DNA of 62,634 bases from Folioceros fuciformis (GCA_049999805.1 JBNGIO010006249.1:464796-527429); one strand, 5' to 3'; positions 46,031 through 61,819 are shown, counted from the stretch's first letter. The notes: generated by a model not told the origin, from the sequence alone. Translations and numbers: made by a program.

Positions 46031-49000
46031 ATGAGCAGGCTTCTGGACTACTTTGTTGTGTGTGGCCTGGGTCCGGAATTGCGGTCGATTGATGGGCCCA
46101 AGGGGTACAATGGCACGTCTGTCATGTATCTGCCAGCTCTCCTGGACCAATATCCACCTCCCTCTGCTGGCTCTTCGGAGGTGCCACCTCTTCCACCGCA
46201 GATTGAGCTGTGCGTGATGCCCGTGGGAGTGGCCTTTCACTCCACGGGGTTCATCCCGAGTGATGAATCCAGCTTCCCTCGTAGCTATCCTATTGTTCTC
46301 ACTGCTGGGGATGGATCCAAGTGTTATGTTACCTGTGTAGCCTTCCGGGATCCAGTTGAGGAGGATGTGGCGGAGGCTTACGGCTTTCCGGCCAATTGCT
46401 ATGCAGACAAATGCATCTGTATTGTTTCGCGGGTCGCTTGTTTCCAAGTTTTCAGGGATATTCTGGAGGAGTTGCATCGTGCCTGTTTTGCTCCTGCCGG
46501 ATGCAGTAGGCCGATTTGGGAAATTGTGAAACATGTTGTGACAGCCGTTCCTCGTCCCTTTCCTGGCAAAAGTAGCGTTTTGTTTTCGGTGGAAAGCAGT
46601 CTTCTGGCGGTGGAAGTTCCACCTGAGAACGGTCTGCCTCATGCGAGTATGTCATTTCAGCCTTTGGTCCAGGCCTTGGATGTGGACAACCTCATTTTCT
46701 TCTTCACAGCTATTCTTTTGGAAAGGAGGGTCCTTCTACGAGCCAGTAAATTTTCTCTTTTGACTATGGTTGCTGAGGCCGTTTGTCATTTGCTCTTTCC
46801 CCTCCAATGGCAGCATGTGTACATACCTGTTCTTCCCTGTGGAGGTGGGGTGGACTACATCTATGCTCCTACTCCGTATCTCATGGGTCTCCATTCGAGT
46901 GTTGATACTACAGGTGAAACCTTGGATGGCGTGGTGGTTGTGGATCTTGACAGAAACAAAATAATCTCTCATGAAGACATTCCTGAAATTCCAGAACCTG
47001 AAATTGAGTATTTAAGGGCAGGACTTTTGCAGCTTATATGTCCGAGCCTTATGTACTTGGATCGCGCCCTCAGATGCAACCCTGCAAGTACCTTCTCAGA
47101 TGATGCTTCTCTGCGCTTGGCTGCAAAGCTATGGGGTCCTGAACACGATAGAGAGTTCAGGCTCGTCTTCCTGAAGTTCTTTGCTAACATTCTGAGTGGA
47201 TACCGTGACTTTGTCGTTCGGGACTTTGTTGGGAGTCCTACCAGCATGTCCTCAAATGTGTTCAACACCAAAGCTTTTCTGAAGAAGCGAACTCGGAATA
47301 CCAATCGTCTGGTTGAACCAATGCTGGAAGAGTTTTTGAACTCCCAAGGATTTGCCAACTTCCTTGCACGAGGTGACGATACTCTCCAGGGTGGGATGAA
47401 TATCTTGGACATGGTGCAAGATGCTATGGCTAATGGACAGAATGTGTCATACCTTCTCCCTGAAGTTTCCACTGATTTAGAGATCATCACAGTATCAGAT
47501 GCCGCCTATCAAAGCGGTGTGACCAGGGCTAGACATTGCTATGATCGGTTTCCTTCGGACCTTCGAACCCCTGAGCAGGAGGACGAAAGGAAGGAGCTGC
47601 TTGCGGCAGCGGGAGCAAACTTGCTTGCTGCCCAGTCGGCAGTGTCAAGCCCCGTAGAAATGCCAAGGATGGAGGTGGTGAAGGAAAGAGTTGGAGAAAG
47701 GGAGATCATGGTACTTGACATAAAGACCAAGTTATTAGACTTATGGAGACGGCTTCTGATGTTGGAGTCTGATGATGACCCCTTATTGTCTCGTGAGTAT
47801 GGCACTCTGCTGGCTCTTATAGAGTCAGATGCAGAGGGCATTGGAGGCACTGGACTCGTTGAGTGCATTAGAGAACACCTGGCCACGGGATGGCATGGTA
47901 AAGTGTCAGAGGAGCAGTTCATTGCAGTGAAAGAACTGATGAAGGCAACAGTCAGTCGAGCTACTTCTCGGAATGATTTGTCTACTGTTCAAGATGCTCT
48001 TACTTTGTGTGCGGAGATTTTCCGTGAGGAAAGTGGACATATCACAGACTATGTCGAAAGGCATATTGGTGTTCTGCCGGTGTGGGATGATTTGAGATTT
48101 TGGGAGGGCTATTTTGACACTATCATGGACAAATCTGCAGACCAATCAGGTAACTATTCTGCTATTGTGCTGGAGCAACTCACTGTGCTCGCACAGCATA
48201 TGGCTGGTCTCGGGTTGCCTGATGCCGAAGCCTGGTATATGTTGGAGGTTATAGCCTTGAAGAACAATCTGCATTCTAAGCAGCTCATGAAACTCAGAGG
48301 TCTACTTGCACATATCAAGCAGATCAAGCATGGTTACTGGGGCCAGCTACCAGGGCGCCCTCAGTTGTCATCTTTTCACACTTTGGAATTGCGGAAGCAG
48401 GAGCCAGAGCCAGAAGACCGACAGATCCCTGAAGATAGTCAACAGGTTGCTGAAGCTGCTGGACGCAGCTGGGTCTCTAGCATGTTCGCTAGGGACAAAG
48501 CTACCTTGAGCAAATCAGTTTCCAAGCATGCACGGAGTCAAAGTGATATCCCTACTTCTCTGAGCACAGGGGATACTCTGAAAAGTGCAAGGCAGAAGAT
48601 ACCTGATGCCCCTGCTCCGCCCCCAAAAAGGGGATCATCAGGCGTTCGTCTCCTGAAAGGCCATAAGGCCTCCGTCACTTCCCTTTATGCGGGGACTGCA
48701 GATGATAAGGGGGACAGCAGCAGCAGGGGGGATTTTGAAGATGCTCGTTATTTCATTAGTGGATCCGCAGATTGTCTGGTAAAAATCTGGGATCCAAGTA
48801 GTCGGGGTAGTGAGCTGAAAGCCACCTTTGTAGGTCATACTGGACCTGTGAGAGCTATTAGCTCCGACAGGGTCCGTGTGGTTTCCGGGTCGGATGATTT
48901 GAAGGTTCTAGTATGGGACAAAAGCACGGCCAAGTTGCTGGAAGAGCTGAAAGGGCATGAAGGAAAAGTGACTTCTGTTCGGATGCTGTCAGGTGAGCGC

Positions 49001-49714
49001 GTCTTGACCTCTTCACATGATGGGACAGTGAAGATGTGGGATGTTAGGACAAACAACAGTGTTGCCACGGTAGCCCGAGACGCAAATGCCGTTCTTTGTC
49101 TAGACTATGATGACAGCACTGGCGTTCTGGTTTCAGCTGGAACACAAGGAGATGTGACTGTGTCTGATGTTAGAGCGGGAAAGTTGAGGCACAGGCTCAC
49201 TGGCCACACAAATTGGGTCAGATCTCTGCGGCTGGTGGGAGACACCATAGTAACGGGGAGCGATGACTGGACAGCAAGGGTATGGTCCGTGTCGCAGGGT
49301 TCCTGTGAAACTGTCCTCACTTGCCACGCAGGAGGCATCACCTGTGTGGAGTACGCTACAGCCTATCATAGCATCGTAACAGGGTCAGCAGATGGCCTGG
49401 TACGAATTTGGGAACGGATTGATGGAGAGCTGTGTTGTGTGAAGGTGTTGGGAATCCATTCCTCAACAATTCTTTCCATCAAATCCAGTGTGCGCTGCCT
49501 GGCCATCGGAGCAGCTGACAACTCTTTATCTCTATGCCACCGTCCCAGCGGTTCCTACAGCCCCAACAGCATGGCAGAATGGCAGCTACTGCGAACATCT
49601 TCCCGAAGTGCTGCTGTGGTGAGGGCAATCGCGGCAGACGTTGAACGGGGCCGAATATGCACTGGAGCTCGAAATGGCTTCATTCGCTTATGGGAGCCTC
49701 TGGGCAGCACTTGA
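46031..49714 (+). CDS. SCD1: DENN domain and WD40 repeat protein SCD1 (stomatal cytokinesis defective 1), intronless CDS
   Basis: uDENN (LDYFVVCGLGPE), cDENN (ILLERRVLL, LFPLQWQHVYIPVL, APTPYLMGLH), IESDAEGIGG, and C-terminal WD40 repeats. Start at 46031, or at 46010. Confidence 0.93.
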   Translation: MSRLLDYFVVCGLGPELRSIDGPKGYNGTSVMYLPALLDQYPPPSAGSSEVPPLPPQIELCVMPVGVAFHSTGFIPSDESSFPRSYPIVLTAGDGSKCYVTCVAFRDPVEEDVAEAYGFPANCYADKCICIVSRVACFQVFRDILEELHRACFAPAGCSRPIWEIVKHVVTAVPRPFPGKSSVLFSVESSLLAVEVPPENGLPHASMSFQPLVQALDVDNLIFFFTAILLERRVLLRASKFSLLTMVAEAVCHLLFPLQWQHVYIPVLPCGGGVDYIYAPTPYLMGLHSSVDTTGETLDGVVVVDLDRNKIISHEDIPEIPEPEIEYLRAGLLQLICPSLMYLDRALRCNPASTFSDDASLRLAAKLWGPEHDREFRLVFLKFFANILSGYRDFVVRDFVGSPTSMSSNVFNTKAFLKKRTRNTNRLVEPMLEEFLNSQGFANFLARGDDTLQGGMNILDMVQDAMANGQNVSYLLPEVSTDLEIITVSDAAYQSGVTRARHCYDRFPSDLRTPEQEDERKELLAAAGANLLAAQSAVSSPVEMPRMEVVKERVGEREIMVLDIKTKLLDLWRRLLMLESDDDPLLSREYGTLLALIESDAEGIGGTGLVECIREHLATGWHGKVSEEQFIAVKELMKATVSRATSRNDLSTVQDALTLCAEIFREESGHITDYVERHIGVLPVWDDLRFWEGYFDTIMDKSADQSGNYSAIVLEQLTVLAQHMAGLGLPDAEAWYMLEVIALKNNLHSKQLMKLRGLLAHIKQIKHGYWGQLPGRPQLSSFHTLELRKQEPEPEDRQIPEDSQQVAEAAGRSWVSSMFARDKATLSKSVSKHARSQSDIPTSLSTGDTLKSARQKIPDAPAPPPKRGSSGVRLLKGHKASVTSLYAGTADDKGDSSSRGDFEDARYFISGSADCLVKIWDPSSRGSELKATFVGHTGPVRAISSDRVRVVSGSDDLKVLVWDKSTAKLLEELKGHEGKVTSVRMLSGERVLTSSHDGTVKMWDVRTNNSVATVARDANAVLCLDYDDSTGVLVSAGTQGDVTVSDVRAGKLRHRLTGHTNWVRSLRLVGDTIVTGSDDWTARVWSVSQGSCETVLTCHAGGITCVEYATAYHSIVTGSADGLVRIWERIDGELCCVKVLGIHSSTILSIKSSVRCLAIGAADNSLSLCHRPSGSYSPNSMAEWQLLRTSSRSAAVVRAIAADVERGRICTGARNGFIRLWEPLGST

Positions 49715-50396
49715 ACCTGGAAGCTCCTACTTGTGCAGATTCAGTGGAAGCTACATTTGTTCCATCACATTCTTTGTTATTCTTTCCTCCATTAGCCGAG
49801 GCGCACTTTTGAAGATTGAGATAGAGCAGTTAATTTTCCATGCAGAAGAAGCTCTCGAACAACATGTACAGTACTTTGCACTGTGCCTCATTCCGGGCTC
49901 GTGACAACGTCAGGGCCCGCACCACACAAATACAAGGCACAGTTATTCTCACAATTGCTTTTCATCCTACCACCGTGAACTTTTAATTGGAGGAAACTTG
50001 GGCCGAGAGCATCCAGCTTCCAAGCCAGGCAGCAGGATTCCTCATCTCAGAGAGGTCAAAATCGGATTCGAAACGTGTAAGAAGCGTGACCACAAGAGAG
50101 AAGCGTTTGCTGCTAGGCCGGGTGGGGATAAGCGCACACGGGATGAAATGCGGAGCAAGACGACAAACAGCAGTCACAACGCTCTCCAGAGCAACAGGGC
50201 CAGCAGGATCTCCTGGTTCGTAGATGCGGCCCGGCGAGCTGTAGCTGCCTTGGCGGCGCACTCGGCGAATTTCACACAGCATTGTGGGCTGCTGCTGCAG
50301 CATCTTTTTCTTTAAGCAGTATGGACTGACGGACTGCTGAGAGACGGGCAGGAATTTGGGAGCGGCTGCACCTGGGTGCTGGGGAATTCCGAGAAG

Positions 50397-53405
<3,009 letters not shown>

Positions 53406-53910
53406 CTGCCTTCTGCCATTCTTGATGCTTCCCTGGCGGACACAATCCGTTCTTCCCTGCCGTCTTTTTTCCTGTCTTTCTAAAACATGCGAGGCTATTT
53501 GTTGTAGCTCGCAAACGTGTACCTTGAGAGTCACTTGCATGACCCATCGTTTCCGCAACAGGATCTGGTGCTCGCTTGTTCTCCAATCCCCTTAGGATAT
53601 TTCCACGAGTTATTTCTCGGCGAATCTCAAATATCCACTCTGTGCACATGGCGTAGGGTGACTGGTTGTCGAATCCTCAGGTAACAAGCCTGAAATTATC
53701 GCCATTTCCCGAGTCTCCCCATTTTCCTCTAGGGAAGCTACGATGGGGAATTTTACCACCCGTCTTCCTTCTCCAAGCAGCCTGCTCTGCGACCGTTGCT
53801 GCAGACTCTTGTTTTGCATGCGAATTCTTTAATGGAAATCTAGGCCGGTGGAGTTGGCCAGTGCAACATTCTGATTCCATTATGCTAGTCTGAGCAAGGA
53901 GAAGGGAGCC

Positions 53911-56323
53911 ATGGAGGTGGCGGGTTTGTTTGCAGCTCCCTGCTCGATCACCTCGTCGCCTGCTTCTTCCTCCTCCTCTCCTTCTTCCTCCTGTTTGGCC
54001 CCCGCTTCTGTGAGCTGGAAGAGCGGGGTATCGCTGTCCGGGTCGTGGCGGCACATTTATCCCACATTGCAGAGGAAGGCTGCGTACCGTGCCAAACTGA
54101 ATGTCACAGCCAAGCAAGCAACAGTATCGCCGCCTGTGAGTACGGACAATGCAGAGGAGACGGGCGTGTATGACTGCGTGGTTGTGGGAGGAGGGATCTC
54201 TGGGCTCTGCACCGCCCAGGCTCTGCTCACTAAGCACGCGAGCGTGGTGGGGAATTTGCTGGTCACAGAGGCCAGGGATCGGGTTGGAGGGAACATCACG
54301 ACAGTGACGGGAGATGGCTATCTGTGGGAGGAGGGGCCCAACAGCTTCCAGCCTAATGACTCCATGCTGGCTATGACGGTGCGTTTCCGGATCAGAAGTG
54401 GCATTCGTTGCTTTGATTTTCTTGTTTTGTATTTTCATGGTTGAAGGATTGTTTCCCTGGTTTCAGGTGGACAGCGGGCTCAAAGACGAGCTGGTGCTTG
54501 GAGACCCTGACGCACCCCGCTTCGTATTGTGGAGGGGGAAGCTGAGACCCGTCCCTGCAGGTCCTGGGGATTTGCCGTTCTTCGACCTTTTGTCCATCTT
54601 CGGGAAGCTTCGTGCCGGCTTTGGGGCTTTGGGCTTCAGACCGGCTCCTCCGGTATTGTTCTTTCTGCGTCTCTGTGGACAGAATGTGTGCATGATTTTG
54701 TGCTGTTTGGTACTACTCATTTAGTGAACAACCCGTCTTTCTCGGGTGCAGGGGTACGAGGAAACAATCGAGCAGTTCGTGCGAAGAAACCTTGGGGACG
54801 AGGTGTTCGAGAGATTAATAGAGCCTTTCTGCTCAGGTGCTGCAATGTTATTTTGTGATGTTGTTGCTGCTGGCTTCGTGGAGGTCTTGGAATAACTCTC
54901 ATTGTGAATGCAGGTGTGTATGCTGGCGATCCCGCAAAACTGAGCATGAAAGCAGCATTTGGGAAAGTCTGGAGGCTTGAAGAATTGGGGGGCAGTATCA
55001 TAGGGGGAACTATCAAGGTCCTGCGAGAGAAGAAGAAAAGCCCCCCTCCTCCTCGAGACCCGTGAGTATCATCTCCATCTCCTTGTTTGTCCCCTTTCTA
55101 TGTACAGATAAGAGTTTCGTCTTGTGTGTGCTTATTGAATTGTGCTGCAGGCGGTTACCAAAGCCCAAGGGTCAAACTGTAGGATCATTCCGTCAAGGGC
55201 TTATAACTCTGCCGAATGCCATTGCCTCCATGTGAGTTGCCTTGTTCAGGGACAGCTCATGTCATTGTGCAACAGTTGATCATGCTGGTGGAATGCTATT
55301 TTATCTAACAGAACGGTTCCAGCCTAGGAGACAAGGTCAAGACGAGCTGGAAGCTTGTTGCAGTACAGAAGAACTCTGAGGGGATCTTCGAGTTAACGTA
55401 CGAGACCCCACAAGGTCGCAAGTCCTTGTCAAGCAGAACGTTGGTGCTGACTGTGCCTTCTTACATCGCCAGCGAGATCCTCCGTCCATTATCGGCAAGT
55501 TCCATGTCCTTCGTGGGTTGGGACTCGGCTTGTCACAGCCCAGACACGTCCCCTCCTTCTGACGTTCTATGTTGCAGGAAGAGGCAGGAGCGGCACTAGA
55601 CCGATTCTACTACCCACCTGTGGCAGCCGTCACAATCTCCTATCCGAAATCAGCCATCAAGGAGGACAGACTAGTTGACGGACAGCTGAAGGGCTTCGGC
55701 CAACTACACCCTCGAAGCCAGGGAGTCCAGACTCTCGGTAAAATGCGAGTCACTATGTTGGGTATTGTGGACGGCCTGTACATCTGTATTGTGCTCCAGA
55801 ACGTGCTGCTCACGCGTCTGTGATCTGCAGGCACCATATACAGCTCCTCCCTGTTCCCTGGCCGGGCTCCAGAAGAGCGTGTGATGCTGCTGAACTACGT
55901 TGGAGGAGCCACATTCACAGACATCACTAAGAAGGTACAACTATCTACCTTCTTTACCAAGCTGAGTGAACGAGTTTGCATGAATGATTGTCTGATGAGG
56001 CTAGTGTCGATCACGGCATGCAGAGTCAAGATGAGATTGTCGCTATTGTGGACCAAGACGTGCGGACGATGTTGGTGAAAGAAGATGCCCCCGCACCCCT
56101 TGTGCATGGCGTTAGGGTCTGGCCGCGAGCCATCCCTCAGTTCAACATCGGTCACCTGGACACGGTCGAAGACGCGCGACGCAGCCTCAAAGAGGCTGGT
56201 ATGGATGGCCTGTTTCTGGGAGGGAATTACGTGGCCGGCGTGGCCCTTGGTCGATGTGTCGAAGGAGCATACGAGAGTGCCACAGCCATCTCGGAGCATC
56301 TCTCCCAAGTCTTGGCCACGTAG
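53911..56323 (+). CDS. PPOX1: Protoporphyrinogen oxidase 1, plastid, multi-exon
   Basis: [79 protein letters not shown]. Confidence 0.97.
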
Positions 56324-56390
56324 AAGTCTTGGCCGCTGATACGAACATCATCGTCGAACAGCTTCTTAGGCTACGATCGAACACCGTACA

Positions 56391-56629
56391 CGCAAGAACG
56401 CTAAACTGACCGATGTACTACCCTACACTGGACCGGTATAGAAGTGAAGACATTGCGTACTTCCAATTGACGCAAGAACGCTGAACTGACCGGTGTACTA
56501 CCCTTCTAGACCAGTCTGAAAATTATGCGGCTGGATTACCAGGTTTGACTGAAAGACTCAGCCAAAACGCACTTCGATCCTGCGCTTTTCCCGGTATACA
56601 AGTGAAGACATGGCGTACTTCCAATTGAC
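56391..56629. repeat. ~80-bp-period local duplications between the convergent 3' ends of PPO1 and tatC
   Basis: cgcaagaacgct.aactgaccg.tgtactaccct at 56391 and 56471; ccggtata.aagtgaagacat.gcgtacttccaattgac at 56433 and 56591. Confidence 0.85.
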
Positions 56630-56775
56630 CCGCAGAGAAAGAGACACCTGAAATCTGATCTCCTAAACGCATCTCCTGACAAACGGGAACAACGCCGAAG
56701 GCATATTGGCTTATGGTGGCAGGCAGCTTCACACCCGCACATGCATATGTTACAGAGTAGCAGGAAGACCCCCTC

Positions 56776-58146
56776 CTACTCCGTAGACTCTCCTTGGGGT
56801 TTCAGAGCCTTCACAAGGAAGGCACCACCCACGTACAGTCCTATGAGGGGTCCGGCTAGGAGAACTTGTGTCAAAGGATCTGTGGAGGGGGTCAAAACGG
56901 CTGCAGCTATCACCGCTCCAACGACCACATATCTCCAGATGGACAGCATCTGATCGCCAGTAACCAAGCCAGTTTGTCCCAATAGCAACTGAATCACAGG
57001 TACCTGCAAGCCCAGAAAGGCGGAGTGCTGACTTGAGGTTCGAACAACAAAACGCAGAGCAAAGGAATTAGATCACGCGTAGTAGCAGCACATACCTGAA
57101 ATGCTACTCCCGTACTGAACATCAGCAGTAGCACAAACTCGAAGTACCGGTCGATGGACCAGAAGGACTCAACAACTCCTTCGGAAAAGGAGACGAAGAA
57201 ATTTAGGGCTGCGGGAGTCAGCACCGAGTAGGAAAAGAAGAGGCCAAAGTAGAAGAGAATAGATGAGCCCAGGACGATAGGCCCCAGGAATCTCCTCTCA
57301 TTGCGGGTCAATCCTGGGAGAACAAAAGCAATAATCTCGTAGAGAATAACTGGGCTCCCAAGGAGGAGGCCGCTGTAGCCAGCCACCTGCAACAGGGCAA
57401 GAAACCATCCGGACTGTTAGTCAGCTCTCTCGTGTTGCAGGCGAAGGTGAGGACGGAGATCTTCCCAGCAGCCCATTTACCTTCAACGTCGTGAAAAAAA
57501 ATTCACCAGGAGAGAGCTGCAGGAAGCGGACACCCTGGTTGTAGACCGGAGCCTCCAGAAACACTATGAGCTCTTTCGAGTAGGCAAAACACAAACAAAT
57601 AGCTGCCCCGACAGCTCCTACCGAAACCACAATCCTGTTCCGCAGCTCGTCCAAATGATCAAACAAGGTCATCTCCTTGTCATCTGGCAGCTCCTCCTTG
57701 CTGGGGTACAGCCAGGTGGACAAATCCGGCGCTTCACGCTGGGATTGTTGCTCACTCCGAACCGGTACAATCGACTCTGTCACTCGTGAAAGCAAGGGTT
57801 AGCTCTGCTCATGCACAGGGCCGTATGCATAACCAGAAGGTGACGAGAGAGGCATGCACGCACCAGAGGGCGAGCTCCTGTCTTCCACAGCCGATCCACC
57901 CCACTTGCCGTCATCACCTTCGGCCAGGACCCGCCAGCTCCCCCTTCGCCGGTCCCCTCCCAGGAGAAACTTGGGGCTCCGCAAAGAGGAAGCCGATGTT
58001 TTGCCACTCAATTGGGCCTTGCCCCACAATTCCCTGCTGCTCCCCCTGCAAGATAGAGCGGGTGGAAGCAGCGGTGCTCCCCTGCAGCAGCTGCTGGCAG
58101 GGGGACATTGATACAAAATATGCGAAGCCCTGGCCATGGCTGTCAT
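56776..58146 (-). CDS. tatC: Chloroplast Tat translocase subunit cpTatC, 4 exons
   Basis: Exons 58146-57864, 57776-57481, 57386-57096 and 57003-56776. [51 protein letters not shown]. Confidence 0.95.
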
Positions 58147-58597
58147 GGACTTGGCCAACTCCAGATTCCAGATTCCTTCTTCACACCCGAAGATGCGAGC
58201 ACGACTGTAGCAGCTGCAGCAAACCCAGCACTTTCACCCGCGCCAAGTTCCACCCAAAAAGCATGCCATCTCCGCTCTCCCTCGATCCTGAGTAAAGGAC
58301 TTGTGCCACTGCTGCAAATCCAATCCCCGCGATGCCGCAACCCTAGACAGGAATTGCTGGATTCCTGCCTCCTACGACCCCACACGCACACTCGAGCACG
58401 GACTTGCGGAAGCGGGAAGCCCTCAGACTTCACTGGAACGGAACCTCGTCCCACGTCATGACTCCACGAGCAGCAACTGAGGGCACACAGACCTTACAGT
58501 CAATCCCTTTCATCTCGCGTATTTCTAGTTTAATATTTGAGTACTTAGTAGATATTCGAAGAAAAACTGTATTTCCACTCAAAGATCAACGATAAAG

Positions 58598-60231
58598 TTA
58601 GGCACTTTTTTCAGTTCCCACGCCCTGGAACAGCCATGCCTTCCATACCATTATGGACTGGAAAACCTGATCAACTAGGGCCAGTATCATGTCTCTTTCC
58701 ATGTCGAACAGCCGCTTCCCGCAAGAGATACGAAATTTGTCGGGATGCCATCGGAGAAGGGCAGTTTTCAGCTTTTGTTTCTGCACTTGAGGAGTGTCTC
58801 CGCGCAGCAAGAACAGCGGGTTGCCGACTGGAGGCCAAGGTATGTCGGGGAACTTAAGAGGACCTTCGTGCGAAGCACTTCGGAGTTGAGCCCAGCAGTC
58901 CTCGTACTGCGCGTGATTCCAGCCTTGGATCTCGTCCGGGATTGCATCTACAAGGCACACAATTAAAAGGTGAGGACAGATGGCGATGGACGTGGTGTGG
59001 TGATGCAAAACCCCAAGCAGGAAAGGTTACACGATGAGGAACGAGATGCAATACGAGATTGCGCCTTGACTCACAAATTTGAGGCAGACGAGTCGCTTCA
59101 CGCCATTGGCGCATGTACTCCGCATCTTTCATTGTTTCTGCTGCCTTTGTCGTCTGTTAACAGAAGAACAAACGAACATCAGGTGCAAAAGGAGGAACAC
59201 ACTGCTCCCGTTCCCTCGAGTAAAGACGTTGATTGCGGGTGCGGAATGCTTCACTGTGGACCGATACTGACCAGCTCTTCCTTCCATCTCTTCAACTCCT
59301 CCCGTTGCTCTTCCTTCCATCTCTTCAACTCCTCTTGATCCTGCGCTTTTTCCTTGCTGGCTGCTATGTTGGCTGCTTTCTTGTCCTCCGAAGAACAGCA
59401 ATTTGTCGTCGCGGCACGTCCAGAATTCGGGCTCTTCAGTTTAATTTCCTCATCGACTTGCCTCTGCCTCCGCCCTTCCTCCTCCTGTTTATGCCTCGCC
59501 TCCTCCTTCCTCGCTGGTACACGTGCCATCTTCTTCTTGCCCTCTTCCTCCCCCTTCAACGATGCAATACGTGCACTAGCCTCCGCCTCCCTCCACTTCC
59601 TCTCTTCCTCCTCCTTCACAGATGCAATCCGTGCCCTAGCCTCCGCCTCCCTCCTCTCGCTCTCTTCCTCCTCCTCCTCTAATGCTACAGTATGCGCTTG
59701 TGCCTCTGCCTCCCACTCCTCCCTCTCTTCCTCCTCCTTCATCGATGCATTTCGCGCACCCACCTCCGCCTCCGTCTTCTTCCTCTCCTCCTCCCCTGTC
59801 ATCGATGCAATCCGTTCAGTAGCCTCCTCTTCCATCTTCCCAGCAGCAACTTCTCTATCCATCTCCGCGTGCGGGACCTCTTCATTATACCTTCCCTTTC
59901 CCTCCACAGTCTCCCCCGTCTGTTCCATCCTCACCTCTGTTTTCAACAGCTTGGCCACATTTTCATCATTTCCTTCCCCATCCTCTCGACTTCGCTTCTT
60001 AGCTTGCCTCGACATCTCTGCGCTTCTGCATCTACCACAGCAGATAGCACCATTGGACGACTTATTTTCGAGCATGTCCGAGATAAATTTGAAGAGCTTT
60101 ACAAGCTCCTCGCTGTTATCGGAAGTGACGATGATTATCAAGCCCTTCGTAGTAACCCTACCCTGGCCTGCAAGCCGCAGCCAGAATTCCGTCACAACCG
60201 CCACTCCCTTGGCGTGAGATCTCGCAACCAC
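58598..60231 (-). CDS. Glu/Arg-rich coiled-coil protein with C-terminal NFKBIL1-like 'IPWP...LRWHPDKF' domain; 5' structure uncertain
   Basis: ORF 59251-60231 has ARIAS.KEEEE repeats. A middle exon reads EYMRQWREA. Last exon: YEDCWAQL..DIPWPP..LLRWHPDKF. Confidence 0.65.
59270..59830 (-). repeat. Coding repeats: 33-bp EELKRWKEE x2 and ~57-63-bp EAEA.ARIAS.KEEEE units
   Basis: Directly visible in the DNA and in the translation. Confidence 0.8.
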
Positions 60232-61321
60232 AGCAGCAGCAACGCAGCAATAGAATCAGCAGAGACACCCCCGCCTAACCTTTCAGAAGATACTTCGTGT
60301 GCAGCTCCGTAATGTCTGACAACGGGATTGCACATTGGTGCTTGCTGCTGCTCCCTTGCTTGCATTCGAAGAGGAGCAGCAGCGGGCAGTCGGCGATTAT
60401 CCGACTCGGCGCATTCTGCCTTAAGGACGAATTGGTGAATTCCAGCGGCCGTTCGAGTACCACAAGGTGGTTCCGCGTAGGACCCGCCCGCTGGCCAGCC
60501 CGCTCTATCTGAGCCTCTACCTGAAAACAGGCCAGTTGCACCCCCTCCATATCCACGCCAAACACGAAGCTGGCTGCTGTCTTCATCTTCTTCAACCAGC
60601 TTCTTTCATCCGGGCAGTGGAAGTGCTCCTGAGTGACTCTCCCTGCCCCAGCCCACGTCTTAGGGTGTTTCACCTAAGCCGTCTCCCTGCTCCAACGCAT
60701 GTCCTAGTGTAGAGTCCACCCGCGCTGTGGAGGGAGGAGATGTACAATTCAAACCTTTCAAACGGGTGAGGGCGCGAAACCAAACTCTGCACGGTTAAAT
60801 ATCAACTATTACACACAATAATAAATAGTTAAATATGAACTGTCGCACAGAATATTATATAATTATAAGGAAGAAACGGTATGGAATACCAATATAGTAT
60901 ACAATTAGGTTTTTTTTCCTTCAAGTATAGGTTGTATATAAATATTCTACGATCTAATATTTCCCTATATTTTCCTACGATCCAAGCATGTTCATCCCTC
61001 GGGACTAGAGGGACGAAGGTGCTTGGATCTTGTTCCTTTTCCTACCCCTAGATAGTGCCTTTGGCGTTGTAGGGGTGGTCCGTCGGGTCAGAGGGAGGTG
61101 GCCTCCCATTTTCGATCCGAAGATTGGCAAGCTCTTCAAGAAGAGGATCTACCAGCAACAAAATCTCGATTGGAGTCAAATAAGGTTGACAAGGTATGTC
61201 ATGACCCATTTAAAACGCGTCTCAAGCGGTGTCTCATGTTGAGCAGAGATGGTGAATATGCTCGGGCTGCTAGAGCATTGTGCCCAGAGCCGACAACATC
61301 TGCAACTGAGGACACCATTGC

Positions 61322-61520
61322 TGCACTTCCTGCCCTTCATCCAGAACCTCATGACACTATACCGCAAGATCTTCTTGACCACATGGTCGAGGAGCCTTTT
61401 TGCTTGGATAGGGTTGTTTTTGCACTTCCTGCCCTTCATCTAGAACCTCATGACACTATACCGCAAGATCTTCTTGACCACATAGTCGAGGAGCCTTTTT
61501 GCTTGGATAGGGTTATTTTT
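61322..61520 (+). repeat. 99-bp tandem duplication inside the RT remnant
   Basis: tgcacttcctgcccttcat...gcttggatagggtt at 61322 and 61421. Confidence 0.93.
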
Positions 61521-61819
61521 GGGCATGTACCCTCTTCTGCGCTACGACTTTCTTCATGGGGTTTGTTTGGATCCCGAGGATCATTTTATTTTTCTCCTGA
61601 GGATCCCTCCAGTGTTTTTCGGAGCTTTATACATTATCAGTTATTATGGCTAGGGACGAAGTTCCCAATCGAATCTCTCAAGTTTTGGCGGGTAGTAGGC
61701 TACTTGTATTAGAAAAGCCCACCTCAGGAGTGCGCCCTATTGTTGTGGGGGAGGTATTTTTGGGCCTTATGAGCCGAAGTATCGCAATTCAACTTCGGGA
61801 GTACTTCCAAGTGCATCTT

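Noticed and set aside
59354-60312. Ser-rich and Leu-rich plus-strand ORFs
   Set aside because: Antisense shadows of the Glu-rich repeat CDS
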